Source: Hypanus sabinus
Lineage: Eukaryota
Reading direction: 5' to 3'
Length of the DNA stretch: 64,000 nucleotides
Assembly (NCBI RefSeq): GCF_030144855.1
Contig: NC_082714.1
Span: 93,310,001 to 93,374,000, forward strand
The notes under the pieces were generated by a model. That model did not search any database. It was given only the letters and a program-made list of their open reading frames with translations, and was not told where the DNA came from. The stretch's first letter is position 1. Every line of letters starts with the position of its first letter. The translations under genes and the position numbers were made by a program. Shown piece by piece: positions 51,988 to 64,000 of this stretch.

Positions 51988-52088
51988 GTAACGTGCTGGC
52001 CTTAACCCAATCATGACCTGAACTTCTCGCCAAACGGTGAATAATCCCTTTGAAGAAAAGCTCACTTTTAAACATCTCTTTCAATCAG

Positions 52089-52147
52089 TAAAAGGAGAAA
52101 CGGCAGGCAAAAGCACCACCACCCGGCGAAAGGATCGAGAACGTGAT
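52089..52147 (+). CDS. VJ-C1 receptor exon 5: cytoplasmic
   Basis: Acceptor 'catctctttcaatcag|', consensus donor 'GAT|gtaagt', phase 1 to 0: VKGETAGKSTTTRRKDRERD. Confidence 0.8.
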
Positions 52148-52169
52148 GTAAGTGCACACAATTTCAAGT

Positions 52170-52495
52170 ACACCTGTAAACCTGCTCGTTAATGCGATAC
52201 CCTGGCGTTTTCTGGCACACTATTCTGTAGCGCTTACTGAGGCCGGTTTGAAAAAACAAACAACCGTGGCAGCGATGTGACGAAACCGACTTGTTAATCA
52301 GGGGGGTTAGAGGAGAATGGGCTGACTGGTTTAAGCTGACAGGAAGGTGAAAGCAACTCAAATCATCACGTGTTACGACAGTGGTGTCAGAAGAGCATCT
52401 CTGAGCGCACAGTGCGTCGAACCTTGAAGTGAATGGGTTACAACAGCAGAATACCACACTGGGTTCCACTCCTGTACCCAATGATGCCAGCTACA
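52170..52495 (+). mobile_element. Tc1/mariner transposase fragment
   Basis: Frameshifted 'LV*ADRKVKATQIITCYDSGV/QKSISERTVRRTLK*MGYNSRIP' is the Tc1 DNA-binding region. Confidence 0.75.
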
Positions 52496-53499
52496 AACAG
52501 GTAATTGCTTTCGATTAGAATAGTACAACACGGGAACAGGTCTTTCAGCCTCCGATGTTCCATTGAGCTAATTGAATTAGTGATCAAATACACAACTACA
52601 CTAAATACTTCTGCTTGAAGAATGTCCATATTCTTCAATTTCCAGCATATCTATGTGCCTATCGTAAAGTATGCAGAACCGCTCTATCGCATTTTCTTCC
52701 ACCAACACCTTGGTCAGCGAATTTCGGGCTCCTACCATTCTCTGTGTCAAAAATTTTGAACTTATCCCAATTTATCTTAAACGCATGCCTCGTTTCAACA
52801 ATGTGGAAAAGCGATACTGGCTATCTTTCTTATCTGTGTCTCTCATAGTATGGAAATCTCTGACAAATATCCCCTCAAGTCTCAGAAGTACCAGAGAAAA
52901 CACGTATGCTCAAGTTCAAGTTCAAGTTCAGTTTCTTGTCATTCAGCTGTACATATATATATCGCCAAACGAAACACGTTCCTCTGGACCAAGTTGCGCA
53001 ACACAGTGCATATAACTTACACACCACACATTAAGTAATAAAACCATAATAATCACAAATATATTAACAAATAATACAACGCCTGCGGCACAAGTCAAAG
53101 GTAAACAGTATAACGCCAATGACACTTCATCCGTGCTGAGACATGGGTGGTGGCAGGGAGTTTAGTAGTCTTATGGCCTGTGGGATGAAGCTGTTTCCTA
53201 CCCTAAAAGCTCTTGTTTTAATACTCCGGTACCGCCTACCTGATGGTAGTGGATAAGAAGGATTGTTGGAGGGATAGGAGGGATTACTGCCAATGTAAGA
53301 ATTCGTATGAAAGGCCAAACTCTCCTTCCAGCAGATGCTCTCAATTCCAACCAGCATCCCAACAAACTTCTTCAGCACTTTTTCCAAAGCCTCAACATCC
53401 TTCGTATAATGGAGCCGATCAAAATTGAATTCAGAGATAAATGAACTGAACTCCAAAATCCCTCTGTATCGCACTGGTGTTAAGGGTCTTGTCATTAAA

Positions 53500-54810
53500 A
53501 GTGTACCATCCTTTTATAATGCAACGATTCTCACTTGGTGGGATTAAAGTCTGTCATTCGCCCGTATCTGCAACTGATCTTTATCCTTTGGTCGCCTTCT
53601 ACACTCTCCACAACTTTAGTATCACCTGTAAACTTACTAACCAACCGATTTACATCTATATATATCACACATATATCACCTGTGGCAGAGATCCCAGTAC
53701 AGATCCTTGCGGGACATAGCCCCCGCCGCCCAGCTGGAATAATTCCCTTCGACCGGTACCCTCTGTCTTAAATGGGAAAGCCTGTTCTGAATCCAAACGA
53801 CTAATTCACCATAGAAACCATGCATTTGTTCATAACTCGGATCGTTAAGAATTATTTCCAATAACGTTCTTCCCACTGACGGGAGACTCACCGGTCTAAA
53901 ATTCTCAAGATTATCCCTAATTCCTTTCAAAAATATTGGAACATTAGCTACTTACTAGTTCTGAGAGACCTCGCCTGTGTCTAGAGGCCACTGAGATATC
54001 GGTGAAGCCTCCAGCAATCTCATCTGTTGCTCCTCTCAATACTTAATGTTCTTTAAGAGACCCAGTACTGCCTCATTCTTTATCTCATAATGCAAAAACA
54101 AATTCGTACCCTCCACACTGATCTCGCCACCTTCCACATCTTTCTCTTTGATGTTAAGCAGTGAACCACATTCTTCACATCCATGCACATGTTCCCTCAT
54201 TAATCATTCAGTTGTCCTATCCGCTGCTAATTATCATCTTGCTCTTGATGTTTGAATAGAACGTCCTGGGTTTCTCTTTAATCCTACTTGCCAAGTACTA
54301 TTCGTGGTCCTTTCTGCCTTTCCTAACCGCTTCGAGTTAGTTTCCAGCTTCTTATAATTCTTAAGGGCTCTGTTTGATTTTTTAGCTCAGCAAACATTTT
54401 ATTTTTTTACGAAAAGATTCCCTTTCCTTCCGGACCGGATTCACTGTCTGTCTCGATACCTGCGCCAAAGCAGCTGTTCACAATTGACGCTGTCCAGTTT
54501 CTGTCTAATATTCGCACATTTACCCTGTTCGAATGCAATGGTCTTTATAATATTCTTATTTACGGCTAACTGAAAAACTATGGAGTTTTGATCACTGTTC
54601 CCTAAATGTTCTCCTAGTGAACATTTGGCCAGGTTCATTATCAAACTCCAGTTCAATTTTGCCCCATCTTCTTGTTGGCATATCTGCAAATCGATATAGA
54701 AACTATTTAGGATTCAGCAAACAAATGGTGCACTGCATAAATCTCTGGCTTTAAGAAGTTTCCACTCTGCTAGGAAAGTTGAAGTCACCCACAACAACCC
54801 TGTAGTTATC
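53500..54810 (-). mobile_element. Degenerate CR1 fragments
   Basis: 'NFRPVSLPSV', 'VVVGDFNFP' and 'SDQNSIVF' remnants of CR1 ORF2. Confidence 0.7.
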
Positions 54811-55764
54811 ATACCTTTGTGTAGGATTCATTGTTCTAAAACACATTCCAGATATAACAATAGACAGAAAGTAACACCAAATTGTAAGTTCATGTGACCC
54901 GTAGCTGGTCGCTCTCGGTTGGCGGGGTGTCTTTAAACGAGGAGCGGTCGGGTGTCCAGCTCCGCAGCAGTGAACATTGACAATGTTGGCGTTAGTCCTC
55001 AACAACAGAGTGCAGAACTCTTGAGAAGTCGTGGAGTTGCGGAAGAAGAGAAAGAATACAACAGGGAATGGAATTAGAGAGGGAATTTGAGGAGATTTCA
55101 ATTGCAGGGAAACAGCTTAAAAAGGAGTTACAGATCGGCGAGGAGATAGAGGTTGTGTGCTGCATTGATAAAGGGGTTTAGGATTTGGACGAATTACACA
55201 GATCGAAGAAGGGTTAGATGGATTACACAGGTAGACGGTTTCGGGGCTGGAGGGGGTCTACACGGAGTGGTATACCGGCGGGACTGGTTACGCAAATAGG
55301 CTGCTGTGTAGGTGCTTAAGCAGTGCAGAGTCTGAAGGGATTTACATACAGTAGATAGGGAAGGACGTCAGTGCTGGTGGCGTTAGATGGGAAGGGAGAC
55401 AGGGAAGATGTTATGCCGAACCATACTGCTTTTAAGGAACAACAGGACGTCCATGGGCCTTAAGATATTATGGATGTATTAGGTCCAGGGCTGGACAAGA
55501 TTACACAGAGCACGGACTGAGGAATAATATTGAAATCGGAAGGACATCGCAGGGGCAGGTTCAGGGATTGGACGAGAGGGTCCTGCATTTTGTTGTTGGC
55601 TGTAATCAGGGAAATCAAAGGTGAATGAAAACCTTTTCCATACTATCACATCCCACTGATTTGGAATTAACGCGTGATTCAATTTCCTCATTCATACAGC
55701 CTGGCGAGGAATGGTGCAGGGTGGGGAGTGATACAGTAACCAATCTCATGCTATTCCCTTACAG

Positions 55765-55797
55765 ATCTACGCCCAGCTGACGATTGATACTAACTGA
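55765..55797 (+). CDS. VJ-C1 receptor candidate terminal exon: YxxL (ITIM-like)
   Basis: Acceptor 'ctattcccttacag|', phase 0: IYAQLTIDTN*. Phase-compatible with exon 5, and the total CDS of 873 nt is divisible by 3. Confidence 0.62.
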   Translation: MYAQLTIDTN

Positions 55798-56217
55798 TCT
55801 GGAAAGGCAGAGCGAATATTATCCTTCGTGAACAACGACAGATTTAGACCCTGTTTCGTATGTGCGGAGCAAGTACTGCAACGGAGTAGTATGATTAAAT
55901 GCTTTAAAGAGTCGTTTTAGTAACGGCACACACTGAACAACTTACAGTGCGGGTGAGACAAACCGGACCCACCGAGGCGAAAACGTGCACTCTCGAAAGA
56001 AGGCCCGCGTGCAGGAGGCCCAATTGATTCACGGCGCCATCGATCGGCCGCATGAGCACTTGTCATATTCCCGTTTCTCTCCATTCAAAGCCTCACTCGG
56101 AACTCCCTCAGTCTCAGACCAATTGGTAATAATGAACAACGGTTAATCTGCAGACCCATCCGTGCTTATGTACAGCTTGCTACGATTAAAACAGACCCTT
56201 GTACTAACTACTGCTTT

Positions 56218-56223
56218 AATAAA
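56218..56223 (+). terminator. Candidate polyadenylation signal of the VJ-C1 gene
   Basis: AATAAA ~420 nt after the stop (ATTAAA also at ~56185), before the next CR1. Confidence 0.45.
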
Positions 56224-56399
56224 CTAAAATTTGGCATGAAATTTAGATTTTTTTTCTTGGTCATCTAAACGCCGAATTGGTGGTGAGCCGCTTGTATGTA
56301 ATAGTTCAAAGGTTGATTGCGTAATCTCCGTTGGAGACAAGGATACCAAATTCTCACTCCAGATCATGAAACGTTCCCACTAAAGGTACAGAAAGAAAT

Positions 56400-59300
56400 C
56401 CTTACTGACAGGAGGTCAAGAAGATTAGTGAGTTAAATGCCTGGCTCAAGCATTGGCGTGGGAGAAGTAGGTTTGAATTCATGGAAAATTGGCACTCACA
56501 TTTCGGGAAGGAATCCGATGGGCTCCAGCTGAACCGTGATGGGACATGAATTCTTAGCGAAACGCATAACTAGCGCTTTAGATAGGGCTTGAAACAAATA
56601 GTAGGGGTGGGTTCGACAGATTGGAGAAGTATGGGTAAAGTAAAACGGAAAGATTTGGATAAAGAAAAAGCAAAAAAACAAAAAAGGGAAAAGTAGTAGT
56701 GGAGTGAAGAAAACTCAAATGGAAAAGAGTAAAAGATTACAAGATATTAAAAGCACAACGAGTGTAAAGGTACTTTATTTAAATACCGATAATATATGTA
56801 ACAAGATCAGTAAACATGTCGTCCAAATCGGTACAAAGCAGTATGATTTAGTGGCCATCACAGAAACGTAGTTGCAAGCTGGGGAAGATTGGGAATTAAA
56901 TATCCAGCAATATCAGTTAATGCAGAAGGATTGGCAGGAAGGTAAGGGAGTTAAGGTAGCGTTATTAATTAGAGATGAGACCAGAGTGATAGAGAGAGAC
57001 GATGTAAGATCTGAGGAGGAAAATGTTGAATCCATCTGGGCAGAGATTAGGAACAGTAGTGAAATAAAAGGTCTCTGGTGGGAGTTGTCTATCGGCCGCT
57101 AAATAATAACATTATGGTGGCACAGGCAATAATCAAAGAAATATCTGAGGCATGTAAGAATGGAACAGCAGTTATCATGTGGGACTATTAACTTGCACAT
57201 AGATTGGGTGAAATAAGCTGCTAGACGGTGGCTTGACGAGAACTTCGTGGAGTGAAATGTGACTGCTTTCTTGAACAGCATGTTACCGAACCTACAAGGG
57301 AACGTCCTATCTTACATCTGGTTCTGTGCAACGACACAGGTAAAACTAGTGATCCTGTAGTTAAGGATCCTCTTGGAAAGCCTGATCACAGTATGATTAA
57401 GTTTGTCATAGAAATGGAGAGTGCAATAGTTTGATCTGCAACCAGTGTATTATGCCTTAACAATGGAGACTGCAATGGAATGAGGGTGGGTTTGGTTAGT
57501 GTAGACTGGGAACACAGGCTATGTGGTGAGACGGTTGAGGAACAGTGGAAGATCTTCAAAGACATTTTTCACGGCACTCAACAAATGTATATTGCAGTAA
57601 AAGACAAGGACGGTAAAGGCGGTGAGAGCCTTGGATGAGTAAGATAATAAAAGAAGGCATTAGACTAAATATTCGTGTTTACAACGTCGCCTAGAGTAGT
57701 GGGAAACAGGAAGATAGAGAAAACTTTAACTTTAGGGAAAACAGCAAAGAACCACTAAGCGAGCAATAAAGGAAGGGAAGCCAGACAACGAAAATAAACC
57801 AGCACAAAATATAAAACGGATCACGAAACTATTATAATCATACAAACCGGAAAAGGATGGCTAAGGTGAACGTGGGTCCTTGGGAGACGAGAATGAGGAA
57901 TTGATATTGGGTAATGAGGAAATGGCTGAGGCTTTGAATGACTATATTATATCAGTTTTCACAGTGGAGAACATGTCTAACATGCCAAGAGAGATGATAT
58001 GGATGCGATGGGAGGTGAGGACTTCGATACAATAACTATCACTAAAGAGGTAGTGCTGAGCAAACTTGCAGGTCTAAAGATAGACAAGTCCCCTGGTTCT
58101 GATGGAATGCATCACAGGATACTGAAAGAAATGGCAGGGGTTATAGTTGAAGGCTTGGTCATATGTTAGCAAAATTTTCTGGACTCTGGCAGGTGCTGAC
58201 GGATTTGGCGAAGGCGTATGTCACGCCACCATTCAAAGGGAATGTAGGCTAAAGGCAGTTAACTATAGGCCAGTTTGTTTAACATCTGTAGTTGTGAAAA
58301 TGATTGAAGCTATTGTTAAAGAAGAAATAACGAAGCATCTGGGAAGACGTTGCATGGATTCAGCAAAGGCAGGTCCTGTTCGACAAATTTACTGGAGATC
58401 TTTGATGATATAACAAGCGCAGTGGATAAAGCAGAACACCTGGATGTTCTTTACTTGAACTTCCAGATGGCTTTAGATAAAGTGCCACATAAAAGACTTA
58501 TCCATAAAATAAGAATGCTTAGACTTGGGTGTAATGCATTAGCATGGATAGATGATTAGTTAGCCAATAGAATGTAAAGATTTGGGATACATGGGTGTTT
58601 CTCTGGTTGCTAATCAGTGGTGAGTGATGTGCCGCAGGGGTCGGTGCTGGGCCTGTAGCTGTTCACGATATACGTTAATGATCTGGAAGAGGGGACCGAC
58701 TGTTTTGTATCTAAGTTTGCTGATGACACTATATGGATTGGAAAAGCAAATTGTGCAGAAGGAACGGAGAGTCTGCAGAGATATATAGATAGGTTAAGTG
58801 AGTGGGCAAAGGTCTGGCAGATGGAGAACAATGTTAGTAAATGTGAGGTTATATACTTCAGAAGGAAAAACGGAAGATCAGATTGTTATTTAAACGGTTA
58901 AAAGATTGCAGCGTGATGCTGTGCAGCAGAACGGGCGTGCTTGTGCATGAATCGCAAAAGGCTGGTTTGCAGGTGCATCAAGTTATCAAGAAGTCAAACG
59001 GACTGGAGGTCATTGCTAAAACTATTGAATTTAAGAGTAGAGAGGCTATGCTTCAGCTGTATAGGGTACTGGTGAGGCCGCATCTAGAGTATTGTGTGCA
59101 GTTCTGGCATATAGCCTCAAGATTCGGGGGAGTAAATTTAGGACGGATATGAGGAGGAACTACTTTTCCCAGAGTGGTGGATCTGTGGAATTCTCGGCAC
59201 ATTGAAGCAGTGGCTACCTCAGTATGTATATTTAAGACAAGGTTGGGCAGAGTTTTGCATAGTAGGAGAATTAAGGGTTATGGAGGAAAGGCAGGACGGT

Positions 59301-59410
59301 AGAGATGAGTTCATGTTCAAATCTGCCATGATCTTATTGAATGGTGGAGCAGGCACGACAGGCCAAATGGCCTACTCCTGCTCTTCTTTCTTATGTTTTA
59401 ATGTTCTTTA
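56400..59410 (+). mobile_element. Near full-length decayed CR1 LINE
   Basis: ORF1 remnant, endonuclease (56872-57434), RT ('HGFSKGRSCSTNLLEIF...DKVPHKRL', 'LYRVLVRPHLEYCVQFW'), and a 3' tail 'tcttatgttttaatg' at ~59400. Confidence 0.9.
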
Positions 59411-59579
59411 AAATGGCACCTAAATTCCTGAACTGTCTGCGCAGAACTAACGAATCCCCTGTTGCCAGACCGTGCGTCTTCTTCTCTTCCCTTCTGAGTC
59501 ACGGAGACAAAGCCAGAACTAGAGACGCGACTAAAGTAACTTTCCTCTGTTCGCAGTACTCGAAGTGCGGTGCTGCCAA

Positions 59580-60900
59580 TAACTTATAAAGCCCCAGAAT
59601 TACAGCCTTGCTCCTATATTCCAGTTTTCTCGAAACGAATGCTATCATTCCATCTGCCTTCCTTACTACCGACTCAACCTACAAATAACTTTCGGTGATT
59701 TCTACAGAAGGATTCCCAGGGCTCTTTGCTCCTCTGATTTTTAAATTTTCTTCCTGTTCAGAAAATAATCTACCCCATTATTCTTTCCACCAAACTGTAT
59801 GATCATACACTTTCCTGCTCTTCATTCTATCTACAACTTCTTTGTCTATATCCAGTCTATGTCCTGCTGCAGAATTCATTCTTGCTCAACACTACCCGTA
59901 CCTGCAATTGTCTTTGTATCGTCCGTAAACCTGACCACATAGGAATCAGTTCCGAAAACCAAATCGTTGTCATTATGTTTGTAAGGATGCGGTCCCACCA
60001 CCGTCCTTTGTGGAACACCACCTGTCTTCGGCAGCTAATCTATCCATGCTAGTATCTTTCCTGTAATACCATTGGTCTTATTAAGCAATCTGATGTGCGA
60101 CACCTTATCAAAGGATTTCTGAAAATCTAAGTAAGTAAAAGCCACTCACTCTCCCCTGTCTGTCTTGCCTGTCATTTCCTCGTAGATTTCCAACAGACTT
60201 GCCCGCCAAGATTTCTGCTAAAGGAAACCATGCCGACGTTGGCTTACTGTATCCAAATACTTTGAAACCTCAGACTTCGTAATGGATTCCAACATCTTCC
60301 CAACCACTGAAATCAAGCTTAATAGCCTAGTATGTCCTTTTTTTGCCTCTGAAGGAGTGGACTGACAGTTACAAATTTCCAGTCCCCCGGAACCATTCCT
60401 GAATCTAGTGATCCTTGAAAGCTCATTTCAGAGCTACCTGCAATAAACCCACCGATTATCACAGCGACCTGACCTATACCTCTGACCACCATGTTACTTG
60501 AAAAATTGCCACGCCCTGTCTCAATTCCTCAGTCTCCACTGCATCTGCTCTCAGTTTGAATGATTTCGTTGCAGAACTAACACTTTCTCCTTCCTCAAAG
60601 AAAGGGATTTCCCTTTCTGCACCAGCAATACAGCCCTCACCCGCATCACTTCTACTTCTCGCACGTCTACCCTCACCCATCCACCCGCCACCCCATTACT
60701 TATTTCATAACGTTTCCGGCTGCCTCATTTATAACCCTGAGGTGTATCCATCTGGCCCAGATGACTTAACTACCCTCAGACCTTTCAGTTCCCAAGCTTC
60801 GTAATAGCAAATACACTAATTTCGGACACTCTCAAACATCTGTTCATACTGCTCGTGCCTTCCATAGTGGTGACTGATGGAAAACACATTAATTTTGTTT
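59580..60900 (-). mobile_element. Degenerate CR1 / LINE fragments
   Basis: CR1 RT-region remnants recognisable on the minus strand; approximate. Confidence 0.6.
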
Positions 60901-60962
60901 GCTGTTTCTTAGTTCCCCCAGAATTACTTATCTAAGTTATGTTCCAGCAGTCCGACATTCAC

Positions 60963-61137
60963 NNNNNNNNNNNNNNNNNNNNNNNNNNNNNNNNNNNNNN
61001 NNNNNNNNNNNNNNNNNNNNNNNNNNNNNNNNNNNNNNNNNNNNNNNNNNNNNNNNNNNNNNNNNNNNNNNNNNNNNNNNNNNNNNNNNNNNNNNNNNNN
61101 NNNNNNNNNNNNNNNNNNNNNNNNNNNNNNNNNNNNN
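60963..61137. other. Assembly gap (N run)
   Basis: 175 consecutive N. Confidence 0.99.
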
Positions 61138-61677
61138 GTGTCCTCTTTTACATTATTGGCCTCATATCCTTAATATTCTAGCTTAAGGAACATGGAAGCA
61201 CAGACGATGAATAGACGCCAACCATGATTCAAGCAAAGAGCCTTTCCGCTGAAGTGACTGAGTTACCTCCCACTTTCCCATCAAATGCCTTTATTCTGGG
61301 TGTTCAGTGGAGAGTGTAGAAGTTGGCGTTGACAAGTGCTCTGTAGTTGTACCGGACCATGTGAGTCACAAGAGCTAGATTGCGGTTTCCGGTTGCCATA
61401 CTGGGAGCTCGAAACACCGGATGTCAGCCTGGAACAGAGAACTTTCCAATTATAAACGTAAATAGGCAGTTAATGGAATGTACTGAATACAGATTACGGA
61501 GTCTGAAAATAAGATGCAACAAAATTCTTGCAGAACTAACAACTAGACTTGCCTTTTTCCCAGTAGGACAATTGGACCAGAAGCTTTTTCATGCTGTGTA
61601 GGAACTTGAACCAGAGCAAGGACTTTGCCGTGCGTCTTCCGCAACAATCATTTAGATTCGCGGCTGATTTTTGAGAC

Positions 61678-61789
61678 CGACGGGATATGGGAAAGCGCAA
61701 AGGGCTGAAAAAAATTGCCGATAAAACGAGGGCCGAGATGGAGACGATATACGTGATAGGAGCCTCGAGAAACGGTGTCATAAGCGCGG
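61678..61789 (-). CDS. Candidate TM exon of a further minus-strand receptor gene
   Basis: Acceptor 'ctccctgaaatctaaccag|', phase 1: AALMTPFLEAPITYIVSISALVLSAIFFSPLRFPISR. A minus-strand AATAAA lies at ~61286. Confidence 0.33.
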
Positions 61790-64000
61790 CTGGTTAGATT
61801 TCAGGGAGGGAGCATGTTGGAAATAAACCATGCAACAGGTAAATCAAAGGAAAGTTTCAGAACAACGCTGAAATATTAAAAACGGAGAGGATGTACTGTT
61901 GGCCAGGAAAGACAGAACTGGAGAAAGGCGAACAAATTGTGAATTACAGAGTTCGCTTCAGTGTTTGCATTACTTCTTTCTCCTCACTAATGCCATTAAG
62001 AAGACCATAGGTGGGATAAGCCAGTACTCGCCCGGAGGAGAGGGTGATTGGGAGGCCTCTTTCAGCGGCGTTTGTCTCCATGATATTATTAGCTGAAGTG
62101 GACTCATCCAACCGAATCATAACTTTCCTCAGATGGTGTATGATATGCCGATGCTCCCAACATTTTTAGAGTTATTTTTGATTTTCCAAAATAAAATCTA
62201 CAGCTCCACTGTTGCATTGAGGTCACGGACTGAATATGCATTGCAGGAATCATTCTGCACATTACCGAACAGATGTTGTTCTCAATCTAGCCCCACATCG
62301 CTGATCTAAAATACTTTTCTGAGGATGAACGATTGTTAGATTCGCCAGTTAAAGAGTCAAAAGAGGCTTGTTTCTTCATCGCATGTATGTCTGGGATGGT
62401 GTGGAGGAATTAGTGAAAAGGGATCGTTCAATGCACGGCCCCAATGTGCTAGTTTCAAATTTAATCGAAAGGTTCTGTAATTTGACTACAGTTAAAAGCT
62501 AAAGCGTCGTGGAGTCGCTACAAACACGTCACAAATGCTCTCTAATGATGAAAAGTTGTATATAAAACATTTGGGAGACAAGTTTCAGTATTGGACCATG
62601 TTACAACATTTGATCTTCTAATTTGATTTTATATTGTCTCACACTATACAACAACAGAACTGGATTATCGTAAGAATAACTGACGCCTTGGTTGTGGAGA
62701 ATATAAACTTACATTCTGAATCTCGCCTTTGTAGACTATCTGTCGGCATTGTTTCAGGCTGAACTAAAAAAGGACACATTTAATTGATTTATATATTGTC
62801 AATTTAAACGACACAATTTTTGTTTGTCATCGAGAGGCAAAAGAAACAGAAATTGTTTTCGAATCGACAGAGAACTATATATCTGCGAACGAGGATCTCT
62901 AATCTCTAAGATTAGCACAATAGAATACTGTCGGTGAGATTTGTAAGAAAGGAAGTGTTAAATTTCTGAGACTACATAGTCAAAGGTACATTTAATGTTA
63001 AAGAAACATTTAATGTTCAGAAATGTGCACAATATAGATGCTGAAATTCTTTTTCTTCTCGGGTAGTTACGGACGTCGTTGACGTACTAATGTTGTCATG
63101 TTCCTAAATGCTATATATATTCCCTCAGATTCAATGACTGTAAATCCCCATCATACAAGGAAGGCGGCAAAAGAAATTAATATACAAAGTCTAGTTACCC
63201 GAACATAATGGCAAAGACGCGGAAACACGAAAAAAAACCTGACGACTGGATTTGATAGAGTTATGGATTTGTGAGAGTGGAATATATTTGGCAAATCTAT
63301 ATTTTGAGTTTGTAGTTTGCAGAAGAGGTAAAGGCGGAACAGTTAACGTGTTTACTTTATGAAAACAGTTAATAAGCTGTCACAAAGAATTATTAAAGTT
63401 AATGTGATTTATTTGGCATTGGCTGAAGATTGATGAGCGGAAATAGCTTACGTTAACATAAGGTGACAAAATGAAATGTTACACGGAAAACTGTAATACC
63501 CTGCACATCAGTCAACACGAGATAAAGAAATCTTAATTGAACAAAGACTGAAATATTTTATTTTCAAGGGTGACAAGGAGTTAATTGTACACAAATCACT
63601 GACCGTTAATGTGTAGGTACAAGGAGCAATTAGGCGGCAAACAACCCGCCGACTTTCGATACAGGAATTGATTACAAGGTTAAAGTTCGGACTAAGCCTG
63701 ACAAGTTTGATGCAGGGTCAATGATTCTCTTGGATAGAGGTACCGAGAATAAGGGCGATGCTTTAAAAATAGGGTTGCCCTTTCAGAATTGAGGTGAGAG
63801 GTAATTTCTTCAATCATAATAAATCTCCAGAAAGTTCTACACGGATGGCATTCAAATATTTGTATCTGTTCGAATTTAAGACCGAGCTGGATCGATTTTT
63901 AGATAATAAATAGAAAACCAGGTCCTGGATTAGTATAGGAAAATGGCACGGAGGTACCAAGCCAGCCATGGCCTTATTTAACGTGAATAAGGACGTAGAA

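Noticed and set aside
50583-52930. Short periodic repeats (GAGACTT, CAAGTT, CAGAAT) as CRISPR-like or regulatory arrays
   Set aside because: They have no spacers; these are simple LINE 3' tails in a vertebrate genome.
1-64000. Prokaryotic operons, rRNA/tRNA genes or an intact active retrotransposon
   Set aside because: None seen; every RT-bearing element is frameshifted or truncated.

Overview
Vertebrate genomic DNA, not prokaryotic. The CR1-dominated repeat landscape suggests a cartilaginous fish, probably a ray (inference). It is a scaffolded assembly with three N gaps, and most of the window is decayed retroelements: many CR1 LINEs, two L1s, solo LTRs, and Rex1/Babar and Tc1 fragments. 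Hidden among them is a small cluster of non-rearranging antigen-receptor-like immunoglobulin-superfamily genes. One gene on the + strand looks intact, assembled by hand from 6 phase-compatible exons: leader 43891-43933, germline-joined VJ 44625-44951, C1 48646-48936, TM 51868-51987, cytoplasmic 52089-52147, and a YxxL terminal exon 55765-55797. These total 873 nt, or 290 aa, with architecture L-VJ-C1-TM(uncharged)-YxxL, like the PRARP/VJC1 'antigen receptor precursor' genes. A same-strand pseudogenised paralog (leader 19027, V 20161) lies in a diverged duplicated block. An opposite-strand paralog (broken V 32104-31878, open C1 31814-31494, Arg-containing TM-like exon from 31081) suggests a paired inhibitory/activating design. 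Weaker traces are an orphan ITIM exon at 11132 and a minus-strand TM-like exon at 61678-61789. All gene models are manual and unverified by expression or database searches.
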